Numbered from the stretch's first letter, positions 13,472-26,439 are shown. The stretch: 64,000 bases of DNA from Lama glama (GCA_028534125.1 CM052830.1:10478001-10542000); one strand, 5' to 3'. Program-made: numbers and translations. Notes: generated by a model not told the origin, from the letters alone.

Positions 13472-13784
13472 TGTGTCAATTTGGGTCCTTCAAGGAGCAA
13501 ATATTAAGATGGAATTAGATGCGTTTAGATGAGCAAGATATTCATTGAGGAAACTGTCTCTGAGCAATAAATGGGGAGAGAGCACAACTAGGTGAGGAGA
13601 ATCTTTAGAGTCCAGTAGAGATCACATACCTGTACAAGGAGAGGGTGGGGGGCGGAGGATCTGGTTGGACAAGCCTCAGACTGCAGGTCTAAAATGTCTT
13701 GGCCAGGCCAATGGGATGTCCTCTGAAATAGTTGCCTGTTAAAGGAATCCCACGTTGGCCATGTTGGTGGCAGGAATGGCCTGG
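13472..13784 (-). mobile_element. ERVL LTR (LTR16/LTR67-like), truncated by gap
   Basis: 'tgtgtcaatttgggtccttcaaggagca...agatggaattaga', 'gcctcagactgcag', 'ggccaggccaatggg'. Confidence 0.6.
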
Positions 13785-14284
13785 NNNNNNNNNNNNNNNN
13801 NNNNNNNNNNNNNNNNNNNNNNNNNNNNNNNNNNNNNNNNNNNNNNNNNNNNNNNNNNNNNNNNNNNNNNNNNNNNNNNNNNNNNNNNNNNNNNNNNNNN
13901 NNNNNNNNNNNNNNNNNNNNNNNNNNNNNNNNNNNNNNNNNNNNNNNNNNNNNNNNNNNNNNNNNNNNNNNNNNNNNNNNNNNNNNNNNNNNNNNNNNNN
14001 NNNNNNNNNNNNNNNNNNNNNNNNNNNNNNNNNNNNNNNNNNNNNNNNNNNNNNNNNNNNNNNNNNNNNNNNNNNNNNNNNNNNNNNNNNNNNNNNNNNN
14101 NNNNNNNNNNNNNNNNNNNNNNNNNNNNNNNNNNNNNNNNNNNNNNNNNNNNNNNNNNNNNNNNNNNNNNNNNNNNNNNNNNNNNNNNNNNNNNNNNNNN
14201 NNNNNNNNNNNNNNNNNNNNNNNNNNNNNNNNNNNNNNNNNNNNNNNNNNNNNNNNNNNNNNNNNNNNNNNNNNNNNNNNNNNN
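13785..14284. other. Assembly gap (500 N)
   Basis: Run of N. Confidence 1.
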
Positions 14285-14619
14285 TAGGTGACTAAGTACA
14301 TTCACATATTCTTTGTAATCAAGACTAAGCACAGCTAAGTGATTAGCGGCTGTGTTGTTAATTAACTCTCTCCAGTAAAAAGGGACCTGGGAGAACTCTG
14401 CACTTAAACAGCTGATTGGGATACAATGAGCTCTGTTATGCAAAGGCTCTGGTTGGGGGCCCTCTGCTTTCCACTCAGAGAAAACGGAAGATACACAGCA
14501 AAAAAATCACCATTCCCCTCCTTTTTAATTAGAAAGCATTAAGAAGATGAAAATGCATAATAAGGCTCTGCAGTAGTTAAGTGTGATTCGAGTAATGCGT
14601 GCCTGGGGACTCTCTCCAT

Positions 14620-14895
14620 CATCGCAGTGCAGTTAAGAAGCAGCGTGTCAGAGAAGGGCAGTGCTGGAGTTTGCATCTCCGCTCAGCCGCTGCCTAGCTG
14701 TGGGACGTCTTCAGGGTACTTAACCTTTACTGAGCCTCAGTCTCCTCTCTGGTAAACATGCCGAGAATGAAACGACATCCGGGCGTAGTTCTAAGAGTAA
14801 AAAGGGGCTAATGTGATAAGTGATGGGATTGACCACCGCATGTTGAGAATTTAACACTTCTCAGCTCATGGTAGGCACCCCATGTACATTAGCCC
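14620..14895 (+). mobile_element. MIR
   Basis: 'tacttaacctttactgagcctcagtctcctctctggtaaa'. Confidence 0.7.
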
Positions 14896-15179
14896 TTGGT
14901 ATCCTTTGGGGGGAAAATCAAGCATCCATCTTAGATTCTTTCATTTGTGAGATCACAAGTCAGAAGAGTTCGGGAGGCGTGTCCAGTAGATGACATCTCC
15001 CTTGTTTTCCGAATCAATGGTTAAATCCTCAAAACAAATAAATCGAGACAGAAATCAGGAGTAAGAACGTGCGAAGATGGGGCAGGAAAGGAGGGTGGGG
15101 CAATTCTCAAGACTCTTTATTGCAGCTTCAGACTCCAGAAGATTCTTGGCAGCAAGGGTTAAGTGGCTTTGACTAAAGA

Positions 15180-15392
15180 AGTCAGTGTAGCACAAGGGTT
15201 AAATGAAGAGGCTGTACACACAGGCTGAATGGGTTCAATTCTTGTCTCTGCTATTACTGTGTGACCTCAGGAAGGTTAAATTCAGTGCCTCCATATATGC
15301 ATCTGTAAAATGGGTGTAACAGAGTGCTTACCTCTTTGGATAGCTGGCACTTAGTCTAGTGCCTAGCGTGTAGCATTTAAAAACATTAGCTG
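15180..15392 (+). mobile_element. MIR
   Basis: 'gggttcaattcttgtctctgc...tgtgtgacctcagg...catctgtaaaatggg'. Confidence 0.75.
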
Positions 15393-16477
15393 ATCCTGAC
15401 TTGCAAAATCAGCAACTAATTTGTTTCTGGGATTAATTCAAAATTATAACTTATCTTATTATTCAAGTATTAAGTCTGGTTAAAGTTTTACCCCTTTGAT
15501 TTTGATGGAGCCAAGTATTTTTGGTCCTAGAGGTCCCAGAGATACAGCCAGTACACAGAAACATTTCAGGAGAGACACTGCATACATAGAGGAGTCCAGA
15601 GCAAGGGTTTTCATTATATAAGCACAAGAATTGAAGCAAGGTTTCACATTACAATCATGATTTATTATAGTTGAGATTGATGAAGTCATCAAAGAAATAT
15701 TAACTGGCTTTTCTCTTTGTGTTCTCCACTTTTGCTTTACAACAGCTAGATCCTCACTGTCAATTGACTCAGTGAAGGCAGGAAGAATGCCAAAAGGAAG
15801 TTTGCTTGGATTTACTCCTCAAATTCCCGGCCTTAGGGAAATGGAGATCTTTCTGCACTATTGAGAAGCAGAGATAGGAAAATGAACAGGAAGTGAGAGA
15901 AATAGGGATATTAGTGGATACTGGCGAGGAAAATGAATTTGAACCTGACCTCCATTTCCTGAGTTTGAATCCCTAAGAAAGTAAAGACCTTGGGGGATGT
16001 TGGGAGACCACGTTTGCTGGAAGGACTAGTGGGCCTTCATGAGACCTGTGGGGGATTTTTCGCGCTGGGGTAAGAGTCCTGGGAGGTCTTATTCACCGTT
16101 GACCAAGGCCTAGGATCCAGTGCCAAAAGTAGAAAATCCCACTGCCCCAAATTGTCCCCTGCCCCTGCTTTTCTTCTGATTTGTCCTCTTCTGTGGTTTC
16201 TTTCTCAAGTTAGCTGAAGACTTTGCACAGAAGGAATTCTGAGTAAAGATAGAGGGATCCTTTCCTAATGGTAGGAGGCTGGGATCCCTGGAATTCTGAG
16301 GTGTCTGTGTCTGTATGCCTTGCAGGCTGTTCCCCCAAATCACTGACTTATATTTGAGATATGTGGCTGGGGCGATGGGATGAATGAGCATGACAGCCTG
16401 GATATACTGAACCCCAAAGAGGTGGTTGTCCTGGATGCACAGGGCAGTGGGGACCCTTTGAGGGTGCAGCTCTGAAC

Positions 16478-16865
16478 TGTGCTAGGACTAGCTCTTATTG
16501 GCTGGTGGGAGCTAACTGGTAAATTTTCAGAAATTCTGTGATCCGGTTGTCAAACAGAGACATTAGAAATGAAAGTAAGTAAAATGACAATTAAATACAT
16601 TGTATTAAAAACAAAGGAAAATAAATACCCAAAACTCATCTTTTTAAAAATTATTTTCCTATGTTTCTAACATTTATGCTCTTGAGATTATTTACGTCTA
16701 TTTTACCTTTATGATGAACTGCCGTGTAATGCAGGGTTACGGTGCCTTTCCCCGCAATGACATGTTCAGTGGAACGGGCCGTGGTGAGGATTTACACACC
16801 ACAGAAATCAACAAAAGCTATAAAATAGGACTTCCCCCAGCCCCGTTGAGCCAGTTGTTAACAAT
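16478..16865 (+). mobile_element. MER63-like hAT-Blackjack element
   Basis: 'taaattttcagaaattctgtgatccggttg', 'tatgctcttgagattatttacgtcta', 'atttacacaccacagaaatc'. Confidence 0.75.
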
Positions 16866-17184
16866 CAGGGAACTTAACACAGGCTTAAAGGTTTGAAAAG
16901 TCTTGAGGAAGACCAGAGCAGAGGGCTGTGAACTATGGTACAAGGGTGGATGTTGGACTCATGGGACTCCTCATGATCAGAAAGGGGGCTGGAGCGCTGA
17001 CTGGAGCCTGTGAAGAGCATGAAAACATCGCAGGAAGGGTGACGCAGAACCCAATAGGGGAATCTAGGGGTATGCATGGAGCCTGCCAATTAGGACATCT
17101 TAACAGGGACATGGGTACCACGGCCTCACTGTGGGTGCAGAGGAGGGAACAGACAGCTGAAGCATTTTCAGACACCAGCCAGTA

Positions 17185-17745
17185 GCAGCCAGGGTCCACT
17201 CACAAGACAGAAATCACATCAATTATTTAAACAGAATTTAATATCAAGAATTATTAGCAAGATATAAAGTTGTTACCTAGTTACATGACAGAGAGAAAAA
17301 AAAAGACAATTCTAAGGTTTCAAGGTGTCACAACTGCAGAAGTAGCACGCACCTTCCAGGGCTGGAGGAACAAAATTAAAAGATTGGAACTTTTTAAAAC
17401 TTAAGAACTCAGAGGAGGATTCCTGTGGGATTAAAGCTCAGATCCTTTATGGGGGATGTTGCTTGGCTGCATCTGGGGTCTGTGGGGTTGGGTGTGCAAT
17501 ATGCAATAAGCTGTTTTCTGCAGTTGAAAAGTGGATTCATCTGCTGCCGCAGTAGGGAGCTGCTGCTACCGAGGTGAAGAAGCAGGTTCCTTCTCCCTCC
17601 TGCCGTCCCACACCTGCTCCTTAGCGCCCCCTATTGACAGCACCTAACAGGACACATGGCCAAATGGAAATGCGATTTGCAGAGAGCTCAGAACCAGTCG
17701 GTACCCCTGGATACAGTGTAAGGCTACCCCTAGACATGGGAGATG
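17185..17745 (-). mobile_element. ERVL LTR41-like solo LTR carrying a CTCF-like motif
   Basis: Reverse complement reads 'ctctgcaaatcgcatttcc...cctgttaggtgctgtcaatagggggcgcta', characteristic of LTR41. Confidence 0.65.
17622..17638 (-). promoter_or_regulatory. Candidate CTCF site
   Basis: Reverse complement GTCAATAGGGGGCGCTA vs consensus GCCACYAGGGGGCGCTA; CpG retained. Confidence 0.5.
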
Positions 17746-18334
17746 ATTAGGGCTGGCTGTGGGCAAAGAGCATGAAGGTCGATGACAGCATCTCATTCCT
17801 GCTAAATCTGAAACTAAAATAAGAGGCGGCCTCTCTGCTACTTGGCTCAAGTACTGCTTTGACTCCCCAACTGTCAGTTTAGGAAGAAGAAACCATTGCT
17901 TCAGCTTTTTCACAGGTTGAAAGTTTGAAAAATGAGACAGGATTCTGGAAGAAGGGAAAAAATAGATGTTTGAGAGAGAAGGATCTGAAACCAAGTGAAA
18001 ACCTTTGATAAGCACATGTCCTGTCAGCATTTATTTAAGTGGCCCACTGAAAATGGGTTTCTGTTAAGCTATTTTACATTAGACGGGAATTTAGCCATTT
18101 TATGTGTTTGAGAGTTTTAGGTATATTTTAAGTTTCAGGCTCTTCTCTTATTCCCAGCTGACCTCCTTTCTGAAAAGAATTGAAAAAAACTCACATCTTT
18201 GCTGTGGCATCCACTGATAATTAACAAGACCCTCGGAGGTCACCTTTTTGGATGGCAAACAAGCTTCAGCAGAGAGAAACCTTTTGTCCTCTCCGAGTGT
18301 GTCTTAGCAACTGAATCTCCGCAGCTGCAATCTA

Positions 18335-18745
18335 CTGCTCACCTTTCCTGTGCCGGGTTCTGGGTTAAACGCTGAAGAAGGACACAGTGGTGAGGGAGAC
18401 CCAGTCCCTGCCCACCGGAGGCCATCACTCAGTGGAGGAAGCCGCTACACAGCAAAGACAGTACTTGAGGAGTGATCACTCTGCCTAGGGGTGGGTTAGG
18501 GGGCTGCGAGTGGTCAAAGGGTGGGAAATCGGCAGAGAAAATAGAACATTTGTGATAGCCTCTGAAGAACGAGTAGGCGCCTGCTAAATAGAACATTCTA
18601 GGCAAAGAGAATTCACAGGTGTGTGAAAGCAAGGGCTGGAGAGAGGTGTCCAAATGTACAGGGAAGCCAGCTCATGGAAGCACCTCACCGGTCCTGTTGC
18701 AGAACCTGGTATTTGTCCTGCAGGTGATGGGGAGCCATCAGAAGA
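18335..18745 (-). mobile_element. L2 fragment
   Basis: 'gacccagtccctgccc', 'aacattctaggcaaagagaa', 'gcaggtgatggggagccat'. Confidence 0.65.
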
Positions 18746-19169
18746 AGCCGTTTCATCAGCAGCCGTGCAGTCCTCAGCTGTCCATCTGCTAAATCACCCC
18801 AGAAAAGAAAACCACTTTAGAAAAACTACGAGTCTTACCAAGTCCTGACCTTCTCTGTGCACACCTTCGGTTCAGCTTCCCCTAATTTGCAGGCTCTGGT
18901 TACTGATCAGCGCTCATCCCTTGTGTGCTGTGGTTGGCCAGAGCTGGTCCACATCAGAGATGTCTTCTTTCCTTCCTGAGAGCCGCACAGCACACCCTCC
19001 CTGCTCCCTGTGGCTCGCTGCGCAAGAACTGTTGCAGAGGCTGCACAAAAACCCAAGGGCTGCTGCGAAGTGCAGAACTGTATGGCTGGCACTGATATTC
19101 ATGCAAACGCTAAGCTTTAGCTGCTCAGAGAGAGGACTCCAACTGGCTCCTCTTCTTTCTACTTTGAGT

Positions 19170-19548
19170 TGTATTGATTAACTATTGTTGTGTAACAAAC
19201 AACTCCAAAACACAGAGCTTTAAACAAGCATGAATTGTCGTCACTCGTGTCATCCATCACCTGCAGTGGGGCTGGGTGGCCCTGCTCCATGTGTTCCTGA
19301 TACTTCCCCTAGGATCTTCTCGCAGAGACAGAAGAGAGCAAGAGGGCAAGTGGAAACACGGGTGACCTCTGAAGATCTAGGCTCAAGTCTACCTCATTAT
19401 CACTTCCACCCATGTGTTATAGGCCAAAGTAAGTTTCACAGCCGCACCCAAAGTCAAGGCTCAGGAGAGTACAGCCTGCCCACAGTGAGGCCATCAAGGG
19501 GGTGGCTGCAGGGCGGGGTGAGAAATTGGAGCTAATAATGCAGTCTGC
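19170..19548 (-). mobile_element. MaLR MLT1 (H/I-like) LTR
   Basis: 'tattgttgtgtaacaaacaactccaaaac', 'ggccaaagtaagtttcacagcc...cccaaagtcaagg'. Confidence 0.7.
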
Positions 19549-19687
19549 CGGCGCTGCCTGGTGATTGCATTCTCTGGCTTTTCTCCAAATTATCTCCTTC
19601 TCATTTGCATGGGCTGCAACTGAGATGGAAATTCAAATTTCAGAATGGGCCTTGGGTCTCACTTTGGGCCGGCTATGGTAGTGTGCC

Positions 19688-20248
19688 TATGGTGGTGGCT
19701 TCACACAGTGTCAACTTAGCTAACTTGGAACTACATCTCCCAGATCCCCTGACCCTATTCCACAGTTCCTGGTTAGGGTGGGGCCCGAGAGAATTTAGTG
19801 CCATATTTGGAAAGTCTGTGTCAGATACCAGGCATGGCTGTAGCCCGTGATCTGGCGGCTTGCCTTGTTGGCGGGGAGCAGCCTGCCCTTCAGCTCGTGT
19901 TGGATCTCCTCTGTCAGCTGCTCTGAATCTTGGCCAGGGTTCACACACACACCCATGGTAAAAAAAGCCACCAATATCACCTGCGTTACTGAGATTGGAG
20001 GCAGATGTGTGCTCCAATCTGTTCTCCTGGGGTCCAGTTTGTCCTTGCTTCACCCACTTCATGTCCACTTTTCCTTCTTAGTTGCCTGCACTGCTGACTT
20101 CAGCCTAAGCATCAGATGAAGAAGCAATGGCTTTACCAAGACTGCTTAATCAGATTTCACGATTGTGTAAGGTCCAGTTATTGCAATTAATCTTTTATTC
20201 TGTTTCATTCATCGTGGTTCTGTTTTCCTGATCAAACCCTGATATACC
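19688..20248 (+). mobile_element. ERVL LTR40-like solo LTR
   Basis: 'gtgtcaacttagcta...aactacatctcccaga' start and 'gactgcttaatcag...gtggttctgttttcctgatcaaaccctga' end. Confidence 0.65.
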
Positions 20249-20301
20249 AATGGTTAGAACGAGTAATTTAAAATAGTGGAAAGGTAGGTTGAGGGTTGGC
20301 C

Positions 20302-20605
20302 CATTTATTTATTTATTCATTCATGTTTTGACTCATCTATCCATATGTTTACTGAATATTTCCTGCAAGGTAATCCTTTTGCTCTGAGTATTAAAGGTCT
20401 ATAACATAGATTCTGTGCTATGGACACTCACAGTCTACTGACAGCAATGCGATGAAGGATTATAATGCAATATGGCGGCTGCTATAATAAGGAAGAACAA
20501 AGTAGAGAAAGGTGCATCTCATAGGGCCTGGGGGTTCTAAAGAAAGATTTTCCTAAGAGGTATTGAATGAGCAGGAACTTGAATGATGAGTGGGGGGGTT
20601 CACCA
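20302..20605 (-). mobile_element. L2 3' fragment
   Basis: 'ttcattcatg...atatgtttactgaata', 'ctcacagtcta', 'aacttgaatgatgagt'. Confidence 0.55.
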
Positions 20606-21329
20606 ATTGGACACAATTGGAAAAGGCTGCAGGAATGGTTGTCATGATGTTCATGGATGGCAAACTGCCACTGAGTAGTGTAAAAATGTTTGAGTAATGG
20701 CAGTGAATCTCCTGGTAGAAGGCCTTATTCATTTCATGACTTTTGATGTTTTTGAAGAATAAGATGATTTAACATGCATGTATATTCCATTGTGAAAATC
20801 AGTTCCTTTCTCCTCCATCCCCTACCTACCAGTCTGAAGTGTTCTGTGGAAACAGAAAGAAATGACAGGTAGTGAAAATGCAATGGAGTCAGTATAACAG
20901 GTCCAGGCATTGTGGATTGCAGAACTATGACAGGGAGTCCCGATCTGGTGTCCCTCTGGTCACCAGTGTGAAGTGGCAGCTACCACTTGACCTGTGCCGC
21001 CCACAGACTTAGGAGAGTAGTACTTCCATCAGAAAACACCACTGTCCCATGGGCTTGGTGCATACTTTCTGGCAGGAAACCTGAAAGTTTGATCTTCATA
21101 CAACTGTTCATAAAACGAGTTTTGCCTCTTTTATTTAGCAATTTTTGTTCACGGATGCATTTCCCTTTGGCCTTCACAACTCCCTTCCACACTGGACACA
21201 ATCACCGCATGCCCGGGACTGCCTTGACCGATACATCCTGGGAGATGGTGTGAGTCCACTGGGACGAACAGACCAACCTCTTGCAGACACACCTGTGAGG
21301 TAAATTTGGCTTTTACGTCCTTCTTTATG

Positions 21330-21520
21330 TTCCATCCCTAGCAGTGTAACTTGGCAAGTTATTTAGACCCAATGCTTCAACTCTCTCATATACAACATCC
21401 AGATACCCACTGTGCCCACATCATAGGATTGTTGGAGGGTAAAATGAGTTGACACATGTAAAGTGTTTAGAAGAGCACCTGGCTTATCTGGTGAAGCATC
21501 TAGCAATACTAGTTGTTACT
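21330..21520 (+). mobile_element. MIR
   Basis: 'aacttggcaagttattta', 'tcataggattgttggagggtaaaatgag...catgtaaagtgtttagaa'. Confidence 0.75.
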
Positions 21521-23729
21521 GTTACAACTATGTTCCTCATCATCTCTTTTTGTCCTCAGGCTGGCCTGGAACAATGAGCTAAAGCTGAGCAAAGCAGTGA
21601 GCAACCTGAATAAATATATGAAAGAACATACTCTCCTACAATGCCCTGAAATACAGTCCGTCTGGTGAGACAAAGGGCTAATTAGTACTTCAGAGAATAG
21701 ATTGTGATGCCATTCAGGTTTCCCGGAAGCACCGATCGTGCCTTTACAGTGGCAGTCTGTCTTATCCCTCGTGCTCTTTCCAAGACGCATTGTGCTTGTA
21801 GAAGTTCTTGGAGACCAAATAATCTGTGATCATAAAAGACTATGGCATCAAAAATGGCTCCAACTCAGAAGGAAACAATCCATGTGAAACCTAGCATTAA
21901 ATAAGAGCCGCGGTTCTGAAGGTAAGGAGGGAAAGAGGCTGTAAACTATGTCAAAATAATGGGTTTAACCAAAAGGGCAACCATGTGATGAGAAAGATTA
22001 CAGTAGTGCGTTTAAGTTGAACTGTGTTAAAAAAGAGAGAGAGAAAGAGTTCCACTGACAATAAGGCAAAGGATTTGCTGATCTGGGGAAAAAAAGAAGC
22101 AGAAAAAAGCAGCAGAAGTATTTCAGTGAGAACTGAAATTTTCAAAGTCATTTGTGGGTCTGTAAGGGAAAAGGGAGGCCACAGATTTCCTAGAACTCAA
22201 AGTGGGGCAGGGAACAAGTTCAGGCACACAGAGAAAGCCACAGAGGAGACCAAATTGCAGGCAGCACATTCAGCCCACAAGTGAGGTTTGCAAGTAAGGG
22301 TCTGGGAGAAAAAGGAGCATAGAAAGTCAGCCTTGAAAAATCAAAGATTAAGGTACGTGTAGTAGAGTGGAAGACAGACGGCTTTAAGAATTCATGAAAA
22401 GATAGAGTGTCAGGTTCGGGGGAGGATCTCTCAAAACAGTGTCATGAAAAGAACCCCCTGAGAAAGAATGGTTCCATTCAACAATATTTACTGAGTGCCT
22501 GTGATGGGCAGTAGGCTGACGTACATGCTGGAGTTGGAGAGAGAAATCCAAGATGGCGCCCACCACCATCATCCTAATTACTGTCCTCAAACACTTGCCC
22601 GTTCTAGTGATGCACAGCACAAAGAGCCTACTTTCCAATTGGTTTCAGAGACAATATTTTATTTTGATTCTCCCAACAGCCCCCAGGGGTATAGAGGGCA
22701 AATATTATGGCTTTAATTTCACACACCAGGAAGTACAAGCCCAGAACCATGCAGTGAATGGCCCATTTGGCACAGAGGCCAATGCACAGTAGGACCAGAG
22801 ACCCAGCCCCCTGACTCCTGCCCCCAGACCTCTCCAAGAAGCAGCTGCCTGATAGCTGGTTACCATTTGCATTGATTATACCCAGGGCATTTCCTGTGAT
22901 GCTTCTAAGTCTGTATTTCTATTTTATGCTTCTAGAGCATGATGCTCCCAAGACGCCTGAGGCATATTACACATCTTAAATTCTGATGCATTGAATTCTT
23001 CTTGGGAGATACAGAGTAATACGTAATTCCCAAGAGATAGGTGTTCCATGGAAAAACAGAAATACAGCAATTTATATTTCTTCATAGAAAAAACAAAACA
23101 AAATAAAAACAAAAGCAAAACACCTCTGACCTCCTGGTAGGGAAGTAAATGTAAATTAGTAATGAATTGAGGTTTGAACTGATAATGAAGTCAGAACATG
23201 AGAGTCCCAAGGAAGAGCTGAAATATCTGTATACAGAGCTGTTGACATGAAGGGTCCCAAGGCCAAAAACATGAAAGTGAGGTCTGACCACCCAGAGCAG
23301 TCAAATAAACAGGCTCCAAATAATGTCAAAGTTGGATGTAATCCTGGAAAATCTGTCTTCACAACATGGCCAGTTTTTTTTTTCTTCTTTTTGTAATTGC
23401 ATGTTTCATGCCACAGGGTATAAATTAATTGATTTGGTTTGTCAGAAGCTCATATTTTCAGGGTTCTCTGGATGTAACTTGCCTTCCTAAACATATGTGT
23501 TTGTTTTTACAGGTTTGGTCTATACTTTCAACGAAGAACAAGCTCTTTTTCAGAAAAAGGTAGTAACATGAACATAAATAACAAATTCCTTCTTTTCCAT
23601 TTCTGAATGACTTCATTATCCTCACAGTGTACCAGCAAACTGGGTTGTTCCTTCCTTTCCTCTGCCCCTGCACTCCCTTCCTGCAGGACCCCTGGGTTTC
23701 GGTCTTGCTCTTCTTGGATGTGATGGAAG

Positions 23730-24490
23730 GTTTACAAGGTCACCTGCTTCGATCCATTCTCCAAATGGCCACGAGGGAGATAGTTTTAGAATGCAGCTCT
23801 GAAGATGTCATTTCTTTCCTTAAAGTGTCTCAATGGCTCCTCATTGTCTATTTTTTAAATCAAAGTATAGTTTTGGATTCACCATGTTGTGTTAGTTTCT
23901 GGTATACCACATAGCAATTCAGTTATACATCTATATATATTCTTTTTCAGATTCTTTGTCATTATCAGTTATTACAAGCTATTGAATATAGTTCCCTGTT
24001 CTATACAAAGAGGAAATTAAAAAAAAAAAAAACCTTGAGACAAATGCCAATGGAAACACAACCACACAAAATCTATGGGACGTAGCAAAAGCAGCTCTTA
24101 CAGGGAAGTTCCTAGCGATCCAGGCCTTCCTCACAAAACTGAATGTCCGTGCTCATTGTTTTTAGAATAAGGCTCAGGTCCCTTAATTTGGTGCACAAGG
24201 TCCTTCAACTTCTCAGCCTGCCTTTATCACCAGTCCCATTGTTTTAAAAATCTGAATTCATTTACATTCTCCATGTAGGAGGTTCATCTCTGTGCCCCAG
24301 TCTTTGCACAGGTCAAGTTGTCTGACTGGGAGTCTCTTATCTCTCTTCTCTAATTTCTTAGGCCCACGAGCTCCTACCCATCCCTTTAATGGGATACCCC
24401 ACCTATTTGTCCCTTACTCCTCTACCTCACACTTACTCCATTAAACTTCGGTTTTTCTATCTCCTTGTCTATTTCTCCTTCTAGAGCACT
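23730..24490 (+). mobile_element. L2 fragment interrupted by an L1 insertion
   Basis: 'tccattctcca...caatggctcctcattg' resumes after the L1 as 'ctcattgtttttagaataaggctc'. Confidence 0.6.
23850..24151 (-). mobile_element. L1 insertion with 5' inversion: 3' end (minus, ~23850-24007) plus ORF2 fragment (plus, ~24007-24143)
   Basis: L1 3' UTR 'agctattgaatatagttccctg'. Adjacent plus-strand segment translates KEEIK..LETNANGNTTTQNLWDVAKAALTGKFLAIQAFL (ORF2 post-endonuclease region). TSD ctcattgt(c/t)t at 23840-23849 / 24152-24161. Confidence 0.8.
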
Positions 24491-25050
24491 GTCATCCATA
24501 TTATAGGTATCACATATGTAATTATAAATTTTCTAGTAGCCACATTTTAAAGAGTAAAAATAAAACCTTAGGTGATTAATTTTAATAATGTGTTTTATTT
24601 AACCATATATATCCAATGAATTATCACTTCAGCATATAATAAATATATACATTATATAAATGTATATATATATGAGGCTTAGTATGGAAAGAAGACTGTG
24701 TATATATATAAACATGTGTGTGTGTGTATATATATATATACACACATTCTTCTTTTCCTACTGAGCCTTAGACATTTCAGTGTGTATTTCACACTTATAG
24801 CACATCTCAGTTTGGATGTTAAATTTTCATCAGAAGTACTTGGTCTATACTTGTATTTCATAACATTTAGGGTTCAAAAAGGAGACGCATGTTCCTGAGT
24901 TGTTCCAAGCATACTGACAAGTTTTCCAGTAATGGGATCAAATACTGGTTTTTAAATTTAAGTTAATTAGAATTAAAGAAAATTACAAATTTGGTCCCTC
25001 AGTTACATTTCAAGTGCTCAGTATCCACAAGCAGCCAGCGATTGGTAGTC
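24485..25050 (+). mobile_element. hAT-Charlie element (Charlie1/MER33-like) with internal (TA)n/(TG)n
   Basis: 'aaattttctagtagccacatt', 'cacttatagcacatctcagtttgga', 'acatttcaagtgctcagta'. Confidence 0.75.
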
Positions 25051-25149
25051 TAGGAAGTGAAGTCCCTGAAGGTGGGCAGTCCTCTTATTTGCACAACTCC
25101 AGGGGGCGCTCCTTCACTGTATTTTGTCCTGTACTGGGACAGCGTTAGG

Positions 25150-25245
25150 GCATAAACAGTGTCTCTCTTTCTCATCTCCACGCCTCCAGAAGACAGGACA
25201 GAACCTGGCAAACAGCAGGTGTTTACTGAATGTTTGAATGAAGGG
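25150..25245 (+). mobile_element. L2 3' terminus
   Basis: 'acagaacctggcaaacagcaggtgtttactgaatgtttgaatgaa'. Confidence 0.6.
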
Positions 25246-26439
25246 ATAATTGGAAATGGGAGTTAGTGGTAAGGGCAGAAGAAATGAATTTAAGCTGGAG
25301 TCTCTTTAGTTTTCAAAGAAGATACGTGAGCATCAAGAAGCTCCCAGATTCTCCTTCTGAGGGACAAGAGATTTCACGCAGTGAGATTAAAAAGAACAAA
25401 AAATGTCTTAGCTAACGTTATTCTCAGAAAGTTTGCCCAATTTAAGTGCCTCTGTGATTCTGGATTCCTTCCAGACCCCAATATGGCACTGTCAGGCTTT
25501 GAAAAAAAAAATGAGATTTCCGTGGCAGGCGGGTCCCAAATGGAAAGAAGTTCCAGAAATGTGACAAGGGTTTTACAGTTTCTTTGGGAAGATGTAGGAG
25601 CTCTGTGCAAATCTGTAATAAGCTTAAAAACGAAGGATCTGACCATCTAAATGTTTTGGACTAGTTACTGTTTACACTGTGGTGAGACAGGGGCAGGTGC
25701 CAAGGTCATACTTGAAAAGGTCACACCTTCTCATCCTTTTCATGGAAGGAGGTGCTCCCACAGCGCTGCAACCAGGAGACAAAGGGCAGAGAGAAGGGGA
25801 GAGAATGTGGGGGTTGAACCCTAGAAAAATAGAGTGTACTGTGTGGCTGAAGAGCTGTGGTTGCACCGACAGTTTATTAGGAAGAGAGTTTCTGTAAATA
25901 ATTGCCCTTTGCTTGGCTTGTGTAATTGGTGGACAATGAGATGGAGAGCCTATCACTGCTATAAGCACTTCCACTTAGGCGAGTAGCTTGCAGCTGATTT
26001 AGGGAGCACCTGGATTCTTGTAAGAGACCGGGTAGCAGACTTGTCTCTAGGACACATCCTTCTTGCAGCCGAGCCCAGCTGCAGCTCTGCGTGGCTTGAG
26101 GCAAAATCTCAGTGAGTGCTTGGAGCTCTGGGAGCCTCTTTGTCACTCACTACTGAACTTCAGCTGAGGACAAACAGCTCCTTCTAAAAATAAGAAGGGG
26201 AGCAAGTAGGCACAACCACAGTGCTGCCCAGGGCCATGAGACTCTCCAGTATTGACACTCATCTCTGTTTACCGCTCTTGTTCCTAAGGGCAAAATGATC
26301 ATGTATCCTCATCCTTAGGAAATTTCATGTCATTCCTTCTTGGAGGGACAGGATGATGCTGCTCACCTTTCTCCACCACTCAGCACCTGTTGAAGACGGG
26401 AAAGGATGGAGTTATTGTGAAGCAAGCAGTGCTTAACAT

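Noticed and set aside
13588-14443. Long ORFs of 178-237 aa
   Set aside because: Length comes from translating the 500-N gap. The same applies to 47559-48296 and 60186-60509.
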